Shown here: piece by piece, positions 43,652 to 52,954 of the stretch | How positions within the stretch are numbered: position 1 is the first letter of the stretch | How the letters are laid out: each line of letters starts with the position of its first letter | Virus record (IMG/VR): IMGVR_UViG_3300025812_000003 | Source of the DNA: a virus | Reading direction: 5' to 3' (one strand) | Length of the DNA stretch: 64,000 bases | Notes under the pieces: model-generated | Database searches by the model: none | What the model saw: the letters and a program-made list of their open reading frames with translations, nothing else | What the model was told of the DNA's origin: nothing | Translations under genes and position numbers: made by a program

Positions 43652-44128
43652 ATGTCAGAAAGAACCATAGTAAGCATGAACGACCAGATGAACCTCGACT
43701 TCATCGAGGGCATGACCAACCGCATGGAGACGGCCCTCTACTCCTATGGGGAGTACAAGGCGAACTACCTTGGCCGGTACAACAAGGAGTTCCTGAGGGA
43801 CGTCAAGGCGGCCCTCGGCGGGATCGTCAAGAAATACAAGCGGGACAACCCGAGCACGACCGCCAACTGCAATTCCGTGGTGGCCGCCATCGAGCGCCTG
43901 CTCCTCTACCTGGTCGGGGGCGACACCCGGAAGGGAACGGTGAAGGCCGGGAACACCGAATACCTCATGGACTCCGCGAACCAGCTCATGATCGAGTTCT
44001 CGTTCCCGCAGGTCCCGAAGGCCGGGTTCGAGGCTGGCGATTCTTCGTCTTCCCCCGGGCTCGTGGGCCACCCCGAGAGGGAGGCCGAGGTGGCGGCCGG
44101 TCAGGTGTATCAAAGGCAGGGGGATTAG
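43652..44128 (+). CDS. hypothetical phage protein
   Basis: M.NRM....YSYG..GNTEYLMD.AN..MIEF pattern. Confidence 0.7.
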   Translation: MSERTIVSMNDQMNLDFIEGMTNRMETALYSYGEYKANYLGRYNKEFLRDVKAALGGIVKKYKRDNPSTTANCNSVVAAIERLLLYLVGGDTRKGTVKAGNTEYLMDSANQLMIEFSFPQVPKAGFEAGDSSSSPGLVGHPEREAEVAAGQVYQRQGD

Positions 44129-44134
44129 CGATTT

Positions 44135-44818
44135 ATGGAAAAGTTCAAAACGCTCATCATTGATCCTCCCTGGCCATACGAAAGGGCATCGGGAAACAGC
44201 AAACTTTCGGGGTATGTAATCCAGGAAGGAAACTCCAAGTATAAGACCCTCACCATCAGTGACTTAAAAAAACTTCCTATCAACGATGTCATGCACCCAG
44301 ATGAGGCATACGTATTCCTCTGGACGACCGGCTCCTTTACCGAGGATGCCTACGGGTTGATGAGGGCGTGGGGATTTATCCCGAAAACCCAGTTGTGCTG
44401 GTGCAAGAGCGACAAAGGATTGGGGGTCGGGTATTGGTTCCGGGGCAACCATGAGCTAGTGCTGGTGGGCAAGAGGGCCGCCGCTCCGTCCATTCGAACT
44501 GGAGAAAGTTCCCTCATCATCCATCCGAGGATAGGGCACTCCACAAAGCCCGCCACCCTCCATGAAATAATTGAAAAAAGGCGGGAACCCTATACCAGGA
44601 AGGACAAGAACGGGGACATCCTTGGCGTCGTTCCTACCAGCTTTCCCGGTCCTTTTTTGGAGATATTTGCTAGGGAGAAACGGGACGGTTGGACCGTTCT
44701 TGGCAACGAGGCACCAGGGGACCTTGGGGACATCAGGGACACGTTGCCCGAACTGATAACTAGAATCAACAGCAAGCCTGCGGACACTCCCGTAATCACG
44801 AATGAAGTGGCCCCATGA
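44135..44818 (+). CDS. MT-A70 family adenine methyltransferase
   Basis: IIDPPW, FLWTT, AWGF, GVGYWFRGNHE, HSTKP, LEIFAR. Confidence 0.92.
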   Translation: MEKFKTLIIDPPWPYERASGNSKLSGYVIQEGNSKYKTLTISDLKKLPINDVMHPDEAYVFLWTTGSFTEDAYGLMRAWGFIPKTQLCWCKSDKGLGVGYWFRGNHELVLVGKRAAAPSIRTGESSLIIHPRIGHSTKPATLHEIIEKRREPYTRKDKNGDILGVVPTSFPGPFLEIFAREKRDGWTVLGNEAPGDLGDIRDTLPELITRINSKPADTPVITNEVAP

Positions 44819-45402
44819 CCGACGACACTGACAATACGGGCAAGCTTGGGGTGAGGCTGGTCATGGAGTACCTTGGTCAGGACAAGAACGCGCAGATTGA
44901 ATTGGTTGATTTCGACCCAGCCCAAGATTTTGAAAGTCAATTCCAGTTGCGATGCGGGGATGTGAGACTTACCACCAAACGGGGGACATACAACATCGAA
45001 ATTAAGACCGAGTGTTCCGACAAGTTCGGGAATCTATTCATCGAAACGTGGAGCGACAGGAGGAACAAACGGCGCGGCTGGCTCCATAACCTCACGGAGT
45101 GCCATGGGCTGTTTTACGTTTTTCTCAAGCAAAGGATAGTCTATGTCATGAACTTCGAGAAACTTCGGCATTTCGACCTGACCCCCTATGACGAGAAACT
45201 CCAAATGACGCATCCGCAAGACAACGAAACATGGGGCCATCCAATTCCCATCAAGGACCTTCTTGCTGCTGGCGTCATCGTCTTGGTCATAAAGAAGACA
45301 TCCCCCGAGGATGCGCCCGTTCCGGTATTCGAGAGCACGCATAACTACGGCGATCCGGAATACACCCCCAGGGATTGCTCCTGGAGAGAGCTGGACGGCT
45401 AG
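44815..45402 (+). CDS. PD-(D/E)XK nuclease-like protein
   Basis: Q..GDV...NIEIKTE..GNLFIETWS..GWL; ATGA overlap with MT-A70. Confidence 0.7.
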   Translation: MTDDTDNTGKLGVRLVMEYLGQDKNAQIELVDFDPAQDFESQFQLRCGDVRLTTKRGTYNIEIKTECSDKFGNLFIETWSDRRNKRRGWLHNLTECHGLFYVFLKQRIVYVMNFEKLRHFDLTPYDEKLQMTHPQDNETWGHPIPIKDLLAAGVIVLVIKKTSPEDAPVPVFESTHNYGDPEYTPRDCSWRELDG

Positions 45403-45483
45403 GCAACCCCAAGAAGGCTGCGTATCCGTTTGAATCAAATCAAGCGGTATTAACCATCCGATGGGTTTTGTCAGTGACCATAT

Positions 45484-46488
45484 ATGAAAACCGTGAAACT
45501 GGGACATGACCGGGTGAACCTGGTATGGTCGACGGACTGGCACTTGAGCGCCGTCCCCCCGGGCCGCCGCGGCGACGACTACGAGGCCGCCATCCTCGGG
45601 AAGCTGGGGTTCGTAAGGAGGATAGCGGACAAGGTATGCGGCGTGGCATTATGCGGGGGGGACGCCTTCCACATCAAGAACCCGAGGCACCCGGCGAACT
45701 CCCTCGGCATGCTCATCAGGGTCCTGCACGTCCTGCGCACCTTCCCCACGGGGATGGTATACGGGACGGTCGGGAACCACGACCTCGGGTATGGGGAGCG
45801 CATGGACTCCCTGCCCGGGCAGCCGCTCGGCGTGCTGATTGCCGCAGGGGCGTACTTCGACCTGTCGGACGAGCCGGTGATGTTCGTAAGCTCCGACGAC
45901 ACCATCATACGGGTGACGGTCGAGTCCTTTCCCTACGACCATGCGGAGGGGACGCTGGCAAGAATCCTGGCGTCCAAGCCCCATCCCGACGCCACCAACA
46001 GGGTGGCGATAGTCCATGCCTACGGGGAGCCGGGCAGAGGCGGGATGTCGTGGGCCGAGAAGACCATCGGGTACGACCAAGTAGCGGAGGCGGGGTTCGA
46101 CTTCATGCTCTGGGGCCATGACCACAGCCGCAAGGAAACGGTGAAGGTCGGGAACACGACGCATATCCACCTTGGCTCCTTGGCCAGGGCGGCCCTCGAT
46201 ACCGACCAAGTGGACAGGCCGGTATCCTTGGCCATACTGTCGTTTTCAACGTCCGGGACGCTGTGCAAGGAGATGCCGGTCCCCCTCAAGCCGCTGGAGG
46301 AGGCCTTCGCGGCGGCCGACAAGGGGGTCAGGACGGTGGGGAAGTCCCAGGAGGTCAAGGACTTCTTTGCCAGGATGGACGAGGCCGTGGAGGGAGTGGA
46401 GACCTCGGATCCTGCGGAGGCGCTGAGGATGCTCTGCCCCGACGACCCGAAGCTGCTGGGGCTGGCAAAGGAGCTCTGCGGGCTGTAA
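45484..46488 (+). CDS. Mre11/SbcD-like metallophosphoesterase nuclease
   Basis: TDWH, GGDAFH, GNHD, WGHDH, GSLAR. Confidence 0.85.
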   Translation: MKTVKLGHDRVNLVWSTDWHLSAVPPGRRGDDYEAAILGKLGFVRRIADKVCGVALCGGDAFHIKNPRHPANSLGMLIRVLHVLRTFPTGMVYGTVGNHDLGYGERMDSLPGQPLGVLIAAGAYFDLSDEPVMFVSSDDTIIRVTVESFPYDHAEGTLARILASKPHPDATNRVAIVHAYGEPGRGGMSWAEKTIGYDQVAEAGFDFMLWGHDHSRKETVKVGNTTHIHLGSLARAALDTDQVDRPVSLAILSFSTSGTLCKEMPVPLKPLEEAFAAADKGVRTVGKSQEVKDFFARMDEAVEGVETSDPAEALRMLCPDDPKLLGLAKELCGL

Positions 46489-46504
46489 TGCGAAAAGAGA
46501 ACTC

Positions 46505-47119
46505 ATGAAATGCCTTACGCAATCCAGCATGACAGAACTCAGTCTATGCCCGAATTGCATAAAGAAGGTAAACAGAGCAGAAGGCGGGTGGATAGAAACA
46601 TACGAAGTAATCTGTAAAAAACATGAGCCGCTAGTATATCCTACAAGCGAGGCAACCATGAGCGACGCATTGACGGACCTGGCACGGGACGAACGAAGGG
46701 CGAGTGCGGTCAACTGGTATTGCATCAAGCTGCTCGAATGGCTGAAGGCGAAAGCATTGCCCGAGGCTAAGGAAGCATACGATGCCGTCGCCAAGGCCGC
46801 CGAGGATGCCGACTCCATCCATGGGGGGTACTGGGGAAGCGGGTCGACCCACCTGAGCAAGGACCTCGAAAGCCGTCTTCGCTTGTTGGCCGCAAATGAT
46901 GAACGGGAATGGATCAAGCTCGTCGCAAGCCTGGATCCCGACTGTTGCGGGCCCTTCATGGACGTTTCTCCTTTCAAGGGAATGACCCTGATGTTCTACA
47001 GGCACGGAAGGGTGGACGGGGTCGTTAGGGGCGGGAGGGAATGCCGCATCTTCGACTGGGTATGGAACGATCCAAAATATCAAATCGGGGACAACGGCAG
47101 GTGGGAGGCCAAGAACTAG
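46505..47119 (+). CDS. hypothetical protein
   Basis: 204-aa ORF in operon. Confidence 0.6.
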   Translation: MKCLTQSSMTELSLCPNCIKKVNRAEGGWIETYEVICKKHEPLVYPTSEATMSDALTDLARDERRASAVNWYCIKLLEWLKAKALPEAKEAYDAVAKAAEDADSIHGGYWGSGSTHLSKDLESRLRLLAANDEREWIKLVASLDPDCCGPFMDVSPFKGMTLMFYRHGRVDGVVRGGRECRIFDWVWNDPKYQIGDNGRWEAKN

Positions 47120-47144
47120 GAGTGGCGAAGGAACCCTAAGAATC

Positions 47145-47417
47145 ATGAGCAACCAAGTCGACCACCGGCAGACCCCGAACGACCGGAACCGACGTCGCAA
47201 GGAGCGGCGAGGGGCCCATAGTTGCGGGGGCGAGGGACACAACGGGGCCATCGGCAGGACGAGATGGAAGGTCCTCAGCCGGAGGTCGGAGCGTCGCGCG
47301 GCGGGCACCCGCATCCCGAAGGTCGGGAAAAGGTATGCCAAAAGGAGGCCCATATTGACCGACTCGGGCGTGGGAAACGAAGTCGATCCTCGGCAAACGG
47401 GAGAAGAACAAGGATAG
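47145..47417 (+). CDS. Arg-rich hypothetical protein
   Basis: ORF filling the gap; weak support. Confidence 0.45.
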   Translation: MSNQVDHRQTPNDRNRRRKERRGAHSCGGEGHNGAIGRTRWKVLSRRSERRAAGTRIPKVGKRYAKRRPILTDSGVGNEVDPRQTGEEQG

Positions 47418-47424
47418 GAGGCAC

Positions 47425-47841
47425 ATGACAACGATATACCTCTCCGGGGGGATAGCAGGGCTTACGGACGAAGAGGCCTACGGATGGAGGAAAAAGGTGA
47501 GGGCGCGTTACCACCGCATAGGCTCCACGGTCATCACCGTCATCCCCACGAGGCTCCAATACCGTCCCGACATGGACCTTCGGGATGCCGCCAAATGGCT
47601 GGTCAAGCGCGACAAGTTCGACATACTCAGGTCGGACATCATCCTGGCATACTGCCCCCGCCCGAGCTGGGGCACCGCCATGGAGATCATCCATGCCTAC
47701 AAAAATGACAAATGGGTCGTGGTGGTATGCGACGACCCCGAGCCCAGCCCATGGCTCCTGGCGCATTCGGACGTGCTCGTAAAGACGTTCGAGGAAGCCT
47801 ACACGGAGATAGAGAAAATCGTGAAGAACATGCTGCGATGA
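47425..47841 (+). CDS. nucleoside 2-deoxyribosyltransferase-like protein
   Basis: IYLSGGI, D..DILRSDIIL, SWGTAMEI. Confidence 0.8.
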   Translation: MTTIYLSGGIAGLTDEEAYGWRKKVRARYHRIGSTVITVIPTRLQYRPDMDLRDAAKWLVKRDKFDILRSDIILAYCPRPSWGTAMEIIHAYKNDKWVVVVCDDPEPSPWLLAHSDVLVKTFEEAYTEIEKIVKNMLR

Positions 47842-48059
47842 GGACCTTCTACTTGTTTAGGAAAGAGGACCCAAGCGGGGTCAGCGGGACCGGCTACGTC
47901 GCCGAGGGCTGCGAGTTCTCGGATGGTGGCGTCGTCGTCCGGTGGACGGGCGGGAGGCCAAGCTTCGATATACACCGGACCATGGAGGACGCCATCGCCA
48001 TCCACGGGCACGACGGGAAGACGGTCGTCGAATGGGCGGAAGACGAACAATGGAAATAA
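47838..48059 (+). CDS. conserved phage hypothetical protein
   Basis: F.L.RKEDPSGVSGTGYVAEG..FSDG..IHGHDGKT. Confidence 0.75.
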   Translation: MRTFYLFRKEDPSGVSGTGYVAEGCEFSDGGVVVRWTGGRPSFDIHRTMEDAIAIHGHDGKTVVEWAEDEQWK

Positions 48060-48664
48060 TGAAGGGATGCCCCAACCTGTTCTTCACCGCCGACCAGCAT
48101 TTCGGGCACGACCACCTCATCAAGAAGCAGATCAGGAAGTTCGCCACCGTCGAGGACATGGACGAGGCGATCATCGCCCGGCACAACGCGGTGGTCAGGA
48201 GGGGGGACCTGGTATACTCCCTCGGGGACATGTTCCTGAAGATCGAGGTGGACCGGGCCAGGGAGATACGGAGGCGACTCGTCGGAAACTTCTACTTCAT
48301 CGAGGGGAACCACGACCAGGTGGCAAGGAAGCTTGCCAAGGAAGGGGCGTTCGTCTGGTTCAGGCAGCTAGAGAGCATCAGGATAGGCCCGCCGTGGCTG
48401 GGCGAGAAGCAGACGGTCGTGCTGTGCCACTACGCCATGAGGACGTGGCAGAGCTCGCACAAGGGAAGCTGGCAGCTCTACGGGCACTCGCACAACAACC
48501 TCCCGGAGGAGCCGCACCTCCTGTCCTTCGACGTGGGCGTGGACGTCCCGGAATGGTGCATGCATCCCGTGTCGGCGGAGCAGGTCATCCAGAGGATGAG
48601 AAGGAAGATTCCCGCCTGGCTGGCGTACAAGGAGTCCCTGAAGGGGACGGACCGGGTGGAATAG
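48050..48664 (+). CDS. calcineurin-like metallophosphoesterase
   Basis: FTADQHFGH, LGDM, GNHD, CHYAM, LYGHSH. Confidence 0.88.
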   Translation: MEIMKGCPNLFFTADQHFGHDHLIKKQIRKFATVEDMDEAIIARHNAVVRRGDLVYSLGDMFLKIEVDRAREIRRRLVGNFYFIEGNHDQVARKLAKEGAFVWFRQLESIRIGPPWLGEKQTVVLCHYAMRTWQSSHKGSWQLYGHSHNNLPEEPHLLSFDVGVDVPEWCMHPVSAEQVIQRMRRKIPAWLAYKESLKGTDRVE

Positions 48665-48704
48665 CAGTATTGGGAAACGAGGAACCATAAGGACGAGAAG
48701 GCTG

Positions 48705-48905
48705 GTGAACAACCCGCTCATAAGGATCGTCCACCACAACCTGTGGTCCTCCGTGAAGTGTCCCTGCGGCTTCGCCGGAAGCTACCATAGCTACTTCCGC
48801 AACATGCGGGGGTCCTATGCGTCCAGCAAGGCGGCGGTGGCGGCCATGCGCCACGGAGGCACGGAGCACGACGGAAGGTTCAGGACGAAGGAAGAGACAA
48901 GATGA
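48705..48905 (+). CDS. hypothetical protein
   Basis: GTG start, ATGA overlap with the next gene. Confidence 0.45.
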   Translation: MNNPLIRIVHHNLWSSVKCPCGFAGSYHSYFRNMRGSYASSKAAVAAMRHGGTEHDGRFRTKEETR

Positions 48906-49261
48906 TCGACGCCGCACAGATGCAGGGGATGCCCACGCCTCCGGAGGAGGGCAAGGACCAGCAGGACGTGGGGAAGTTCGTCGTGGCGAAGCTCGCCCAA
49001 TGGGGGATGCCATGGACCGCCAGGGACCACGAGAAGCGGATAGACTTCGGGGAAAAGAAATATGGCCAGCGGCTCAGGACGAACAACGGGCGGAACGCCC
49101 TCCTCGACTGCTACCAGGAATGCCTCGACGCCATCTCCTACAGCGCCCAGCATTGCCTGGAGGGAGGGGGGGACGATTTGATGAAGGCATTCGCCACCCT
49201 GGCCGAGGAGATAGGAACGAAGCTGGACGAGAGGAGCGACGATGGTAGTCGGCGGGCTTGA
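48902..49261 (+). CDS. conserved phage hypothetical protein
   Basis: R..FGEKKYG..LRTNNGRNALLD.YQE.LD...Y. Confidence 0.7.
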   Translation: MIDAAQMQGMPTPPEEGKDQQDVGKFVVAKLAQWGMPWTARDHEKRIDFGEKKYGQRLRTNNGRNALLDCYQECLDAISYSAQHCLEGGGDDLMKAFATLAEEIGTKLDERSDDGSRRA

Positions 49262-49970
49262 CTTCGAGACGTCGGGCCGGGATCCCAAGGTGCACTCCGT
49301 CGTCGAGGCGGGGCTGGTGCTGTGGGACACCGAGCTGCGCCGACCCGTCAGGTCGGAGGGATTCCTCGTATACGACCCCGAGGCGGTATGGGAAGAAGGC
49401 GCTGCGGCGGTCAACGGCATCACGCAGGAGCGATGCAACCTGTACGGGCTTCCCGCCAAGGATGCCCTCGGGCGGGTCGTCGGGTTCTACCAGCAGGCCG
49501 ACGTGCTCTGCGCCCACAACGGCACCGCCTTCGACAGGCCCTTCTACGAGAACTGGGGCGAGCGCATGGGCCGCGCCGAGCCCGGGGATCAGGGCAAGGT
49601 GTGGATCGACACCATGGTCGACATACCCTACCCCAAGGAATGGTCGGTCAAGCTAAAGTACCTGGCCGCCGAGCACGGCATCCTCCACTACCGGGCCCAT
49701 GGGGCTCTGTCCGACGCGATGGTAATGCTGGAGATACTGGATCGCTGGCTGCTGGAGCAGGTCCTGGAGTCCGCCAGGTCCCCCACCATCACGGTCAGGG
49801 CGCTCGTCTCCTACGACGACAGGGACAAGGCCAAGGCGCTGGGCTACCATTGGCGTCCCATCGAAAGGTGGTGGGTGAAGCCCGTCAAGGCCTTCCGCCT
49901 GGAGGACGAGGAGGCCGAGGCGGTCAAGGCCGGGTTCGCCATCAGGCAGGTCAACATAGAAGGCGGATAG
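49242..49970 (+). CDS. DnaQ-like (DEDDh) 3'-5' exonuclease
   Basis: LDFETSG, AHNGTAFD, IDT, HGALSD. Confidence 0.88.
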   Translation: MVVGGLDFETSGRDPKVHSVVEAGLVLWDTELRRPVRSEGFLVYDPEAVWEEGAAAVNGITQERCNLYGLPAKDALGRVVGFYQQADVLCAHNGTAFDRPFYENWGERMGRAEPGDQGKVWIDTMVDIPYPKEWSVKLKYLAAEHGILHYRAHGALSDAMVMLEILDRWLLEQVLESARSPTITVRALVSYDDRDKAKALGYHWRPIERWWVKPVKAFRLEDEEAEAVKAGFAIRQVNIEGG

Positions 49971-50045
49971 CATGGGCGAAGTCATGATGCTGCATGGCTG
50001 CGCCTTCGCGATGGAGGATCGCAGCGACGCAAGGCGGGAGGACTG

Positions 50046-51020
50046 ATGGAATTGGATGAGATGTACGACAGGGTGACCATTGCCTTCGCCAAACGGACAA
50101 ATTCCGTTTTTGAGTCGGAAGAGTCACTCAAAGAGTGGTTCTTAAAATACTTTTCCCAATTACCTTTTGACAGGACAAATCATTGGGGAGGCTTAATCTA
50201 CCTTCTTTTTCGTGATGCGTGGCTGGAGGCGGGCCCGGAGGTCAAGGGGGAGCCGACCGGGCACGACAGGAACGTCGTCCTCAGGAAGCTCTGCCCCCTC
50301 CTGGACTACAGCCTCTTCACGCAGGTGATGCTGAACCTCCAGTCCTGCGCTGGCATGGCCTACCAGGCAAGGGACGCCGAGGCCGACATCGAGAAGCTCA
50401 GGAAGGACTGGCCGGAGGCCTCCAAGCTCAAGCCGTTCGAACCCAAGGCCAAGATGGTCAAGGAAGCGTCCACCGAGGAGGAGGACAGGTACAACCTGGT
50501 CCTCAGCACCCTGCGGTCGCTGAGGATCATCGCCGCCTTCACCCCGCAGATATCCTTCAGGGTCAGCCCCAAGGGCAGTACGCCCGCCCTGGCCGACAGC
50601 AACAACCTGAGCAACCTCGGGATCGGGTCGGACAGGTACCTAAAGGTCCTCCCGGGCCTGAGGGCGTTCTACGTGCATTGGACGCCCGGCACCAGTCCCA
50701 CCATGACGATGCAGCTCATGGATTACTCCGAGACGACGAACCCCGAGAAGGGCATGGCGTTCGTGGCCGCGGGCATCCCCTACGTGTTCCGTTCCAAGTC
50801 GGGAGGGGAAATCCTCAACCAAGTCCTGTTCTCAAGGAAGGTCGCACGGGAAATCTTCGCCGCCCACGACCCGACCGTGGAGACCTGCATCATCCTCCCG
50901 AGGATGAGCTCGGTGCTGGCGGTGGCGGACGAGAGGGGAGAGAACCTGAAAAAAGCGTTCGAGGCCCTGAAAGGGGTGTATAATATGCTTGAGCTTTCGG
51001 AAGGAGCGAGAAATGCATAG
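50046..51020 (+). CDS. hypothetical protein
   Basis: GGAGG RBS; 324 aa. Confidence 0.75.
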   Translation: MELDEMYDRVTIAFAKRTNSVFESEESLKEWFLKYFSQLPFDRTNHWGGLIYLLFRDAWLEAGPEVKGEPTGHDRNVVLRKLCPLLDYSLFTQVMLNLQSCAGMAYQARDAEADIEKLRKDWPEASKLKPFEPKAKMVKEASTEEEDRYNLVLSTLRSLRIIAAFTPQISFRVSPKGSTPALADSNNLSNLGIGSDRYLKVLPGLRAFYVHWTPGTSPTMTMQLMDYSETTNPEKGMAFVAAGIPYVFRSKSGGEILNQVLFSRKVAREIFAAHDPTVETCIILPRMSSVLAVADERGENLKKAFEALKGVYNMLELSEGARNA

Positions 51021-51444
51021 CTTTGCGTTCTATCCCTACGCCATATTCATCCTGGTATTGTCGGGGCTCGTCGCTTGGCTCATGGTGAGGTTATGCCGCC
51101 TGGAGAATCGCGTGAGCTTGCTGAAGGCCCCCGAGAATCCGACGAAGTGCCTGCTGGTCATCGCCCCGGACGTCGACCAAGGACAGGACTTGCTGGATGA
51201 CTGGCTCTCCCAGGATAAGCAGGAAGAAGAGGACGTCATACGCCGTTTCAACAAGACTGTAGGCGCGAACCCCTCCGCACAGTCGGATGCCGACCCGGAG
51301 TACGACATGGTGATCGAATTCGAGATCCCCAAGCCCACCAGCCACGCCGGTTGCACGGGGCCCGACAAGATCTCGCCCATCGACCAATTGCTGCACGAGC
51401 CCACCAGCCACGCCGGTTGCACGGGGCCCGACAAGGAGGCCTGA
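51013..51444 (+). CDS. membrane-anchored hypothetical protein
   Basis: N-terminal hydrophobic helix; AAGGAG RBS. Confidence 0.7.
   Translation: MHSFAFYPYAIFILVLSGLVAWLMVRLCRLENRVSLLKAPENPTKCLLVIAPDVDQGQDLLDDWLSQDKQEEEDVIRRFNKTVGANPSAQSDADPEYDMVIEFEIPKPTSHAGCTGPDKISPIDQLLHEPTSHAGCTGPDKEA
51332..51435 (+). repeat. 38-nt perfect direct repeat (two copies, 66 nt apart) encoding PTSHAGCTGPDK
   Basis: agcccaccagccacgccggttgcacggggcccgacaag at 51332-51369 and 51398-51435. Confidence 0.9.
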
Positions 51445-51445
51445 C

Positions 51446-51775
51446 ATGAAAAGGCCGATTTTCTGGTATGTTGCCATCGTCCTGTTCCTCGCCCTTTTCC
51501 CGATGCCAGCAAACACCAAGGACGACATGCGCATGTTTAGCTGGAAGGGCGAGAGGACCCCGAATGGGGTGATGCTCATCGAGCCCATGATGCCGGTCAA
51601 GCTCCGGGTGGCACCGACGTCCGCCAAGGACATACTCCCCAAAGCCACATACAAGTGCGTGCCGGTGACGCTGCCTCTCGAATACAAGGAGGACTCGAAG
51701 GACAAGGTCGTCCAGCAATTGCACCTTGACTGCGGAAACACGACGTTCGTGGTCCTGGGGATAGAGTTCCAATGA
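51446..51775 (+). CDS. putative secreted protein
   Basis: AAGGAGG RBS; signal-peptide-like N-terminus. Confidence 0.7.
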   Translation: MKRPIFWYVAIVLFLALFPMPANTKDDMRMFSWKGERTPNGVMLIEPMMPVKLRVAPTSAKDILPKATYKCVPVTLPLEYKEDSKDKVVQQLHLDCGNTTFVVLGIEFQ

Positions 51776-52047
51776 GCTTCCTGGTCATAGCGGGCTCGTG
51801 CTTGTTCCTGATTCTTGCGGGATGGATCATCCACGAGATGCTGGGAAGGCCGGTCGCCCCGGACGGGGTGTTCAAGGAAGTCCTGAGGATGCTCCTGTTC
51901 TATCCCTCCATGATCTTCGGCAACGGCGAGTTCGTGGCAAAGAGCGGGACGCTCAAGTTCCGGTTCCTGGAATGGCTGTACGGGCCAGGGGAGCCCGAGT
52001 TCGACGTAATATGGCCAGACGATGACAAAGAGGACGGGAATCCATGA
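51772..52047 (+). CDS. small membrane protein
   Basis: ATGA overlap; hydrophobic N-terminus. Confidence 0.6.
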   Translation: MSFLVIAGSCLFLILAGWIIHEMLGRPVAPDGVFKEVLRMLLFYPSMIFGNGEFVAKSGTLKFRFLEWLYGPGEPEFDVIWPDDDKEDGNP

Positions 52048-52191
52048 AGAAGCTTTCGAAATCCAAGGTCAACTACCGGAAGCACGAGCGCAAGATGTTC
52101 GCCCGGCAGGACAGGCGAGAGGCCGCCAGGCAGGCATCGAAGGCCATGAGGCAGCCCGAAAGGAAAGCGGAAGGTTGAGGAGGTCGGGCAG

Positions 52192-52395
52192 ATGAGCGAT
52201 CACCTCAGCACCAATGAATGGATGGTCATATTCGCTTTGAAGAAGGACCCTCGTTGCAAAATCATCGGGGACCAAGCGGAGACGGCGGAGAAAATGGTCG
52301 GGGATGGACTACTCCTGCGCAGCGCCAAGAACAAAGGAGAATATAGCGTAACATCCCAAGGATGGAGGCAGTACTACCACGTGGTAACGGGATAG
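52192..52395 (+). CDS. small hypothetical (winged-helix-like) protein
   Basis: GGAGG RBS; GLL..YSVTSQG. Confidence 0.55.
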   Translation: MSDHLSTNEWMVIFALKKDPRCKIIGDQAETAEKMVGDGLLLRSAKNKGEYSVTSQGWRQYYHVVTG

Positions 52396-52413
52396 CACAA
52401 CGGAGGAAAACAA

Positions 52414-52608
52414 ATGAGGAACCCATCGGTGTACACGGCGTCGGAACTGGCCGCCTGGCGGACAGCCAAGCAGTGCGCGCCCGGAAGGTGGCAGCCGTCG
52501 AGGCCGCTGCCGTTCTACGGCCTGAGGCTGATCCGCAGCTTCCGGCTCGCCTGGCGGGTCTTGGTCGGGCGCTATGACGCCCTGGACTGGGAAGACGGGG
52601 CGGCCTGA
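52414..52608 (+). CDS. conserved phage hypothetical protein
   Basis: GGAGG RBS; W.P.RPL..RLAWRVLVGRYDAL.W. Confidence 0.7.
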   Translation: MRNPSVYTASELAAWRTAKQCAPGRWQPSRPLPFYGLRLIRSFRLAWRVLVGRYDALDWEDGAA

Positions 52609-52618
52609 AAAGATTTCC

Positions 52619-52647
52619 TTGAAATTTTTGACTACGGAAGGTATTAT
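52619..52647 (+). promoter_or_regulatory. sigma70-type promoter for the tRNA operon
   Basis: TTGAAA (52619-52624), 17-nt spacer, TATTAT (52642-52647). Confidence 0.7.
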
Positions 52648-52798
52648 ATGGACGAACGAAGTTTGGCATTCGAAGCAGTTTGGCGTAGGGGCTGGTCAGC
52701 AGCCCCTACGCCTTAGGAAAGCGTCCCGTGCGGGCAGTTGGCTCTAGGCACCATTGAATTCCGGACGACGTTCCGGCCACGGGGCATGAGGTTTGGAA

Positions 52799-52891
52799 AT
52801 GAAGAACCTGTCGAGCAACCCGTCATCGTCGCTAAGCTATCCGTCCTTGCTTAGTAGCGTGCCTGTGTCGCTCGAAGAAGGCGACTCCTAG
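52799..52891 (+). CDS. Ser/Leu/Tyr-rich leader peptide (30 aa) MKNLSSNPSSSLSYPSLLSSVPVSLEEGDS
   Basis: GAGG RBS; 11 Ser, 5 Leu and 1 Tyr codons; lies directly upstream of the terminator and the tRNA cluster. Confidence 0.7.
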   Translation: MKNLSSNPSSSLSYPSLLSSVPVSLEEGDS

Positions 52892-52952
52892 AGGGAGCGC
52901 AATTCGAGTTTAAGACCCAGGCCGCCAGAGAGTTTGGCGGCCTTTTTGTTTT
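52857..52952 (+). terminator. Attenuator: intrinsic terminator (52919-52952) with a competing antiterminator (52857-52876 : 52903-52925)
   Basis: aggccgcca/tggcggcct stem followed by TTTTGTTTT. gcctgtgtc/gacccaggc and gctcgaa/ttcgagt pairings would sequester the 5' arm. Confidence 0.75.
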
Positions 52953-52954
52953 GT

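Noticed and set aside
51332-51435. Mini-CRISPR (two 38-nt repeats with a 66-nt period)
   Set aside because: Only two copies, in frame within a CDS, and unrelated to the array repeat; better explained as a coding duplication.
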